This document shows positions 56,320 to 64,000 of a DNA stretch of 64,000 bases, piece by piece. The stretch's first letter is position 1. Every line of letters begins with the position of its first letter. Location: assembly GCA_964016885.1 (NCBI GenBank), contig OZ024740.1, forward strand, positions 218,302,001-218,366,000, written 5' to 3'. The DNA comes from Eledone cirrhosa (Eukaryota). Both the position numbers and the translations under genes were made by a program. The notes beneath the pieces were generated by a model. It saw only the letters and a program-made list of their open reading frames with translations. It was not told where the DNA came from and did not search any database.

Positions 56320-59300
56320 GTTCTTCTGGTTTTATAATTTGACAAAGTTTTACCAATAGAGAGAGAGTCGGTTTCTAACATAGACACAAGACTCTCTCAT
56401 TGGAATTTACACAACATCAACTAGGTATGTATGTCTGCATGCATGCATGTGTAGATATGAATGTTATTGTATGTGTGGATGTGGATGTTTTGAGTTGTAT
56501 GTGTGCATGTGTATATACTTTGCATCTGTATATGTGTATATACAGTAATTAGATGCAACATTTTTGGAATGTCTTACATATTTTTACTGTTCCATTAATG
56601 GATTGTACTTGTAATTTCCTAACTAGTTGTGTTCTTTCTGTGAAGCCTAGCTTCTCAAGATTTGTATTTAGGCAGTTACTAACATATCCCAGTGCCCCAA
56701 TAATCACAGGCATAAATCTGAAGGTGTAATCAGGGTGGAGTATCTGCAGATTTCTCATCAGTTCTGCATAAATATTCTCCCTTTCACTAATCTTTGATAT
56801 TATATTGGCATCTGCTGGGCAGCTAATTTCCACTACTGTGCATGCTTTCTTCTCCCTGTCCCATATCATAATATCTGGTCTGTTATGCCTGCATTTTATT
56901 GGGGTTTTTACTGGAACATTCCAGCAGTACTCCTTCATATTATGTACATGATGGATGTCTTCCACATTGCTGTAGCTTTTAATGTGTTTATTATCGGGGC
57001 TATCTTTTTTACGAACTGCATTGTACAGCGTTTTGGCCACTACATCATGCCTCATAGGTAGATAGTACCGCGATGACATCTTTGGACAGCTGCTGATGAC
57101 ATGGGTGATATCCTCGATGTTAGTTCTGCAGAGTCTGCACTTGTTATCACATCTAGGTGTTTTGCCTGCATCCCTATCTCTTTTGTGAATCAGGTATTTC
57201 GTGCTAATCTCCTGTTCCTGGATTGCAAAAGCGTATCCTTCAAAGTGGGAGCCAATATAGCGGTTGTTGGTCCAAGATAGACTACTTTCCTTATCTATAT
57301 TACTCTCACTCTGGAGCTTCCTGGCAACATATCCATGCATGATTTTTTGCTGATAGGCATGCAGTTTTTCATCCATGGATTCACTGCGATACTGCTAAGC
57401 GACATCCCTGGGTGTGAGTTTTTGATTATCACACAGAGAATATCTCTCGAGGAGTTCCTTCCCAACTCTCATGATCTTATCTGTTTCATACAGATAGACT
57501 TGCTCGAGAAACGGGCTCCTACGCTTCGAGGTTCGTAGATGTTGTCGGAGAGATATGATGCGACATTCAAATGTTGTCTGGACTGATGTTAGGCCTCTGC
57601 CTCCCTGCTTACGTTTCAAGTAAAAGCGGTCTATGTCACTGTTGATGTGGAAGTTTCCGGTGTTGTTCAGCATTTTTCGAGTTCCAACATCAGCTGCTCG
57701 GATTTCGTCTATCGAGTATTCCAAACGTTGGTGTTAGGACAGGCACAGCAAACACATTGTGAGCCACTGTTTTGTTTTGCGCAGAGAGTTCCGATGACCA
57801 GATCTTTCTTAATCGGGTGTAGTATTCCTTGGTTAAGCGTTCTTTATTACAGATACCATTATAGGATATGTTCTCATCTATCCCCAGGTATCTGTAGCAG
57901 TCCTCATCAGATATCGGTGAAATATTTAGGCCATTGATGACAATGTTGCTAGATTGGGTGGTTGTCTTTCCCCGCTTTACAGTCATGTATGAGCATTTAT
58001 CTTGGCCAAACTCCATTCCTATATCCTTTGAGAACGTTGTAACCAGGTCAAGATTTGTCTTTATCCCATCCATGTTCTTGGCATAGAGTTTCAGATCGTC
58101 CACAAAGAAATTATGGGTTAGGTTCGTATTTCTGTCCTCCTGTGAGCCAATTATGTATCCCTCACATTTCTTGAGCAGAAAGGACAAGGGGTTTAATGAC
58201 AAGATGAATAATATCACAGAGAGACTGTCCCCCTGAAATATACCCCTGCAATATTTTATTTTATCAGTGAAAATAGAGTCCTCCCTCTCTGTCTTTAACC
58301 TTAGGATAGTAGCCCAAGAAGAAGACAGCCTCTCTATGGCTCTGACAATAATGTCTGGGACTTTAGCAAGTTGGAGGGCCTCTATCATCCAAGAGTGGGG
58401 AACAGAATCAAAAGCTTTCCTGTAGTCCAGCCAGACTGTAGTCATATTCCTCCTAAGTTGTCGCACCTCCGACATCGCAGTTTTGTTGATTAGGAGTTGT
58501 TCAGCACATCCCCAAACCCCTTTCTTTCCAGCTGCTTGTTCATCTGTGATGATATTATTATTTTCATAGTGATCTTGGAGGAATAGGTTCAGGCAGGCTG
58601 TATACATCTTATACATCAGGTTCTGGCATGCAATGGGTCGGTAGTTTTTTGCCAAGTGGGTGTCTTTGTTCTTGGGGACCTGTAATGTTTGTGTTAATGT
58701 CAACCATTCTGGTATAAGTGTATCTCCCTTAAGAACTTGTTGGTAGAGGTCAGTAAGATACCTCCGATAGAATATCAGTTTTTTGTACCAGTAGCCGACA
58801 ATCATGTCTCTTCCTGGTGTTTTCTTATCTTGGAGTTTTCTTATCACAGTCTCAAGGGTACCCTCACTTATTTCGTATGTTTTTGTTGTAGTGTAGGAGC
58901 AATAGTTCTTTCGGATTTCTCTTAGCCACACTGCATCTTGGTTGAAATTCTTCTTTTCACTCCATATTTTGCTCCAAACGGGATCTATGTCTTTCTGGGA
59001 TGGGGCCTCAGTGACACTTATTATTTTGCCCTTCATATCTCTATAAACTGATGTTTGGTTTCGTCTGAATCTTTTATTAAGCACTTTTCTCTCATCTACC
59101 TTCTTCGGGTATCGGCGTTTTTCGCTAACGGCTCTCAATTCTTGTTTGAGGCTGATCAGCTTATATTGGAGAATTCTGGTTCTACTGTTACCAAACATCG
59201 TCTCTATTTTATTTTTCACTCTTTGTTGGTGAGGAGTGAGTTTTTTTTGTGTTTGTTTGCATGTAAGGAGCATTGTCACATATCCTATGTTTTTTCGTAG

Positions 59301-59430
59301 GTCAGCAATCTTTTTTTCTATTTTACTTATATATGATGGTATTTTTTGGTGGTGTTTTGTTCTTGTTAATATCTCTACTATCACCAAGATAATGCTTCAC
59401 TGTCGTTGCTAAGGCATATAAACAGGCGTT
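56320..59430 (-). mobile_element. R4/Dong-clade LINE, second family, in (ATGT)n; frameshifted ORF 56549-59387
   Basis: [67 protein letters not shown]; 3'UTR hairpin 56353-56403. Confidence 0.92.
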
Positions 59431-59504
59431 GATGTATGTATGTATGTATGTATGTATGTATGTATGTATGTATGTATGTATGTATGTATGTATGTATGTA
59501 TGTA

Positions 59505-59778
59505 TAAAGTCTGTCTTAAGCCAGAAGGCTCATTTGGCCGGTGCTTATCCCGGTTTCATGGCGTGAAGCGACTGAGAGTACAAGACTCCCCCTTAGACAG
59601 GACGCCAGTCCATCGCAGGGTTAGACCTCCAGCTATTGGTGGTACTCATTTTCAGCTGAGTATACTGGAGCAACGTGAAATGTGTTTTGCTCAAGAACAC
59701 AACCCGCGGCCCAGAAATCGAACACACGACATTATGATCGTAAGTCCAACACCCTTACCACTAGGCCACGTGCCTCCA
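59505..59778 (-). mobile_element. CORE-type tRNA SINE with (CATA)n tail
   Basis: ggaggcacgtggcctagtggtaagggtgtt..gttcgatt..gttgtgttcttgagcaa.acacatttcacgttgctcc. Confidence 0.75.
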
Positions 59779-59827
59779 ATGTATACATATACAAATACAC
59801 ACACAGAGACACACACTCACACACACA

Positions 59828-59899
<72 letters not shown>

Positions 59900-59903
<4 letters not shown>

Positions 59904-60528
59904 TATTGAAGTTTCCGTTGAAAATTGAAAAAAAATCATAGGAGTGAAGAGTGCTCTATGTAAGTTACAGAGCTAAATTTAATGTATAATAAACAGAGGT
60001 TTCCCGAATAAGACGAATACAAGAAACGTCCTCATTCGTTCGTCACGTGTGTGTGTGTTTATACGCGTGCTTTCATACTTGTATGTGTATATATTTCAAT
60101 CCTTAGTCCCTGAGTCTGTATGTACGCTAACTCTATTATCTTACAATTTCTTTTTTCAACATATATTATATACGTATTTGTGGTCACACATACACTGATA
60201 TGCTTGCCCTCATGTATGTACTTACGCACACATTTTTTCACTATACACATGCATTTGTACATACACACATATGTACATTTGTAGGTGCATATACACACAT
60301 TTATACACATACCCTTACTATATTTCCTTATTTTATTCATATATATCTCTTGCATTACTTTTATTTATATATTTTTTTTTGCCCGTTAAACTTTTGCCTT
60401 TCTTGAGGAGATTTTTCAAATATTTCACTATGTTTTAAATTGCCTTGTCTGACGAACGAATGAGGACATTTCTTGTATTCGTCTTATTCGGGAAACCTCT
60501 GGTAATAAGGTAATTATATTGTATTGTT

Positions 60529-60535
<7 letters not shown>
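59900..60535 (+). mobile_element. Fold-back PLE-terminal element with intact hammerhead at 60443-60510
   Basis: Arms 59995-60045 and 60450-60500; ccttgt-CTGACGA-a-cgaatgag...cttattcg-g-GAAA-cc-tct-gg-TA-ataagg. Confidence 0.82.
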
Positions 60536-60585
<50 letters not shown>

Positions 60586-60800
60586 AGTTTGCACGCGTTT
60601 GCCAAAATTCAATTATCCGTGCGTATGTGGATGTATGAGAGCGGTTGACATTGTATGATATGCGTGTGTGTTAAATCGTGTGTGCGTGTGTGTGTGTCTG
60701 TGTGTGCGCGCGTGCACACGTGGCAAGCAAGTTCCACATGTTATGATCACAGAAACTACGCAAGATATGAAATGTCGATTGAATTTACTTTTGTTAGCGT

Positions 60801-60858
<58 letters not shown>

Positions 60859-60937
60859 CTCTCTTTCTTTCTTTCTTTCTCTGTACACACACACACACAC
60901 ACACATATAGACACACACACACACATATATATATATA

Positions 60938-61134
60938 TAGTGGTAGAACACTGGAAGGTAATATCCGTAGTTGTAGAGCACTCAGTTCATGGGACGAGTT
61001 AGGTAGAAGTGGTTACACAACAGTTAGTTCACCGTACCGAGAACAATTGTTTCACCTTAGCGGATCCTCAGCTTGGATCCGCTAAGGTGAAACAATTGTT
61101 CTCGGTACGGTGAACTAACTGTTGTGTAACCACT

Positions 61135-61137
<3 letters not shown>
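60938..61137 (-). mobile_element. Perfect hairpin element (63-bp arms, 7-nt loop) folding back at a hammerhead core (61039-61074)
   Basis: Arms 61005-61067 and 61075-61137; minus strand aag-CTGAGGA-t-cc-gctaa-gg-t-GAAA-caattg-TT-ctc. Confidence 0.85.
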
Positions 61138-61209
<72 letters not shown>

Positions 61210-61365
61210 CAAAATGTTAATAAATGAAAAATATTCTCATAATCAAAATATATATTTTATTATGCATATGTCAAAGGTACAATGGTGTTTAAGTACGTTT
61301 TCATCAGACAAAATATAAGATTTGATATGTGATATACCGCTACGGTTTTGATTATTCAATTCCAG

Positions 61366-62117
<752 letters not shown>

Positions 62118-62119
62118 TA

Positions 62120-62726
62120 TGTCAGGTCACTAGTTGGTGCTACTGGTAACATGTATCCCAGTACAACCTGTCTCATGGTCGGGTCGTTGGCGACTAAACT
62201 GGCAACCCTACCAAGGTTTCTTGGTGAGGAGGGTGACTTTGGACATCCTGCAGGACTTAAAACAAAACCTGTCAAAGGGCAAAGGAGCTCTTAAGAGTCA
62301 ATGGCCATCCAAAATCACCGGGAGAGATGACCCCTTAGCCTTTGTCAAGGCAGAATTCTAGGAGAAGGAAAACTCTGATATAACACCTGCAACCCTGATG
62401 GTATCCAATGATGTTGACTTGTTCTTCTTTTTGGTAAATATCATCTTGGTTAAGAGAGTGGGACTGGCTTTGTGCAGTGCCTTTGCTCACTATAAAAGCT
62501 TCACGACACAGGCATTGCTTTATATCTGGAGATCTCTCTGCACTTGTCGTCACATGGTACCATGGGCCCAGCACTATGTGTCAATAATTGTCACAAGTGT
62601 AGTGTTTGTACCAGAGTTTTCAAGTCGCTGGCTGGACTAAAAAGTCACGCTCGTTCAGCGCATCGGTAGGGGTTCTCCTACATGGATATAAAGTAGTGGC
62701 CGTACTCGAAAACGAGTTGGCAGCCA

Positions 62727-62728
<2 letters not shown>
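62120..62728 (+). mobile_element. Longest copy of the RTE/RTEX-like non-autonomous family
   Basis: Matches 54545-55110 with extra 5' sequence. Confidence 0.8.
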
Positions 62729-62819
<91 letters not shown>

Positions 62820-62893
62820 CAGGGTGTCCCAAAAATGTATACACACTTCAACAACATTCTAATAAATATATGTATACATTTTGGGACACCCTG
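62820..62893. mobile_element. 74-bp Tc1/mariner MITE
   Basis: TA-CAGGGTGTCCCAAAA(A)TGTATACA TIRs with TA on both sides. Confidence 0.85.
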
Positions 62894-62985
62894 TATATAT
62901 ATGTTTATTCCGGGTTCAATCGGAGGTAACCGCAGTAAATAATGTACTCGATACATAGCAGAGTATAAATATTTAATATAGAAAA

Positions 62986-63037
62986 GGCTTCTACAAGACT
63001 TGAACTATTTCATTCGGGAGAAATCATCAGGAAAGCC
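62986..63037 (-). ncRNA. Type I hammerhead in an un-inverted terminal element (62905-63050)
   Basis: ggctttc-CTGATGA-t-ttc-tccc-gaa-t-GAAA-tag-ttcaagtc-ttg-TA-gaagcc. Confidence 0.78.
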
Positions 63038-63349
63038 GACTGTCAATGTGTTATGGCCATGTGTTTTCTAGACGAGTAATGTCATCCGTTTGTTCCAGCG
63101 GTAGCAGAGAGAGAAATAATCTACAATTGTTTCGGGATTATTGCTCCTTATCAAGGACTGTGTATTTCTCTCTGTTCTACTACACACTAGAACTCTTGAG
63201 AATATATAGTATTCTCTACAGTATACATCGGATGATTAGCCTAATTTGCATACCGAATACTAATTTGCATGTCTTTGCCGAAAATTAAAAATAAATTTTG
63301 TTTTTGTTCTAACATGGCGGATATGTAAATGCATTCGTGAGTGAATAAA

Positions 63350-63622
63350 AATAATTGTTTCTACTTTTGGCACAAGGCCAACAATTACCTCAGTACATTA
63401 CTAGTACTTTATTTTATCGATCCCGTAAGGATGAAAGGTAAAGTTAAACTCGGAGGGATTTGAACTCAGAACGTAAAGGGACGTAACTCTATGCTGGAAA
63501 GCATGGTGCGTGACCCTCTACCGATACTGGCAATCCACCGCCGTGCGGGAATAATAATTGTTTCTACTTTAGGCACAAGGCCAGCAATTACCCAGTACAT
63601 TACTGGTACTTTATTTTATCGA
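63350..63622 (-). mobile_element. Meta-type SINE plus a tandem 3' fragment
   Basis: Family match. Confidence 0.8.
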
Positions 63623-63686
63623 ATAAAAATATTATAATAGTGTTATTAATATTATTGTTACTCACTGAAGAATGCATATATATATA

Positions 63687-63727
<41 letters not shown>

Positions 63728-63950
63728 ATATATATATATACATATTGTTATACTTGGGGAGGGTCATATTTGTGTAGTATTGCCAGAATTAATAACAGAA
63801 CACACTCACTATTTGGTTGGTTTTCGCTTTTCGCTTCTGTGTCTTTTATATCGGTAATCTAATTTATTCGGTCCTCAATGTTGCCATTGACTGACCGACG
63901 GTCAAAAATAATACAGATACAATATAGACACAAACACATATATATAGTTT

Positions 63951-63992
63951 ATCAAAGTTCTTTCGTTGCACATCTGCAACATCGTCAGTGGT
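63951..63992 (-). ncRNA. Type I hammerhead in element 63742-63993
   Basis: acca-CTGACGA-t-gttgca-gatg-tgcaac-GAAA-gaac-TT-tgat. Confidence 0.72.
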
Positions 63993-64000
63993 GCTATTGT

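Overview
AT-rich, microsatellite-saturated animal DNA. The SINE families and overall architecture suggest a coleoid cephalopod such as Octopus (inference). No host protein-coding gene is convincingly supported, and most ORF-track entries are translated microsatellites or antisense shadows. The window is a mosaic of mobile elements. There are three Penelope-like retroelements (PLEs; RT + GIY-YIG): a Neptune-type two-ORF copy at ~13.8-17.9 kb and two of a Cys-rich type at ~34.6-37.7 and ~51.5-54.2 kb. Also present are R4/Dong-type REL-endonuclease LINEs, a Tx1/L1 element, CR1 and RTE fragments, tRNA-derived Meta- and CORE-type SINEs, an RTE/RTEX-like non-autonomous family, two non-autonomous Helitrons, and hAT, piggyBac and Tc1 MITEs. 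The most striking hidden signal is about 17 complete or near-complete type I hammerhead ribozyme motifs plus several half-motifs. Most lie in short, non-coding, often fold-back (inverted-arm) elements inserted into (TA)n runs, and their truncation or inversion junctions repeatedly fall inside the ribozyme. Other notable points: a U-UUU-UUA -1 frameshift site linking ORF1 to RT in the Neptune PLE, a SINE tail matching an R4-type LINE 3' stem-loop, a minisatellite born in a Tx1 3'UTR, and partitioning of elements among different microsatellite targets. All structures were folded by eye; none was computed or tested.
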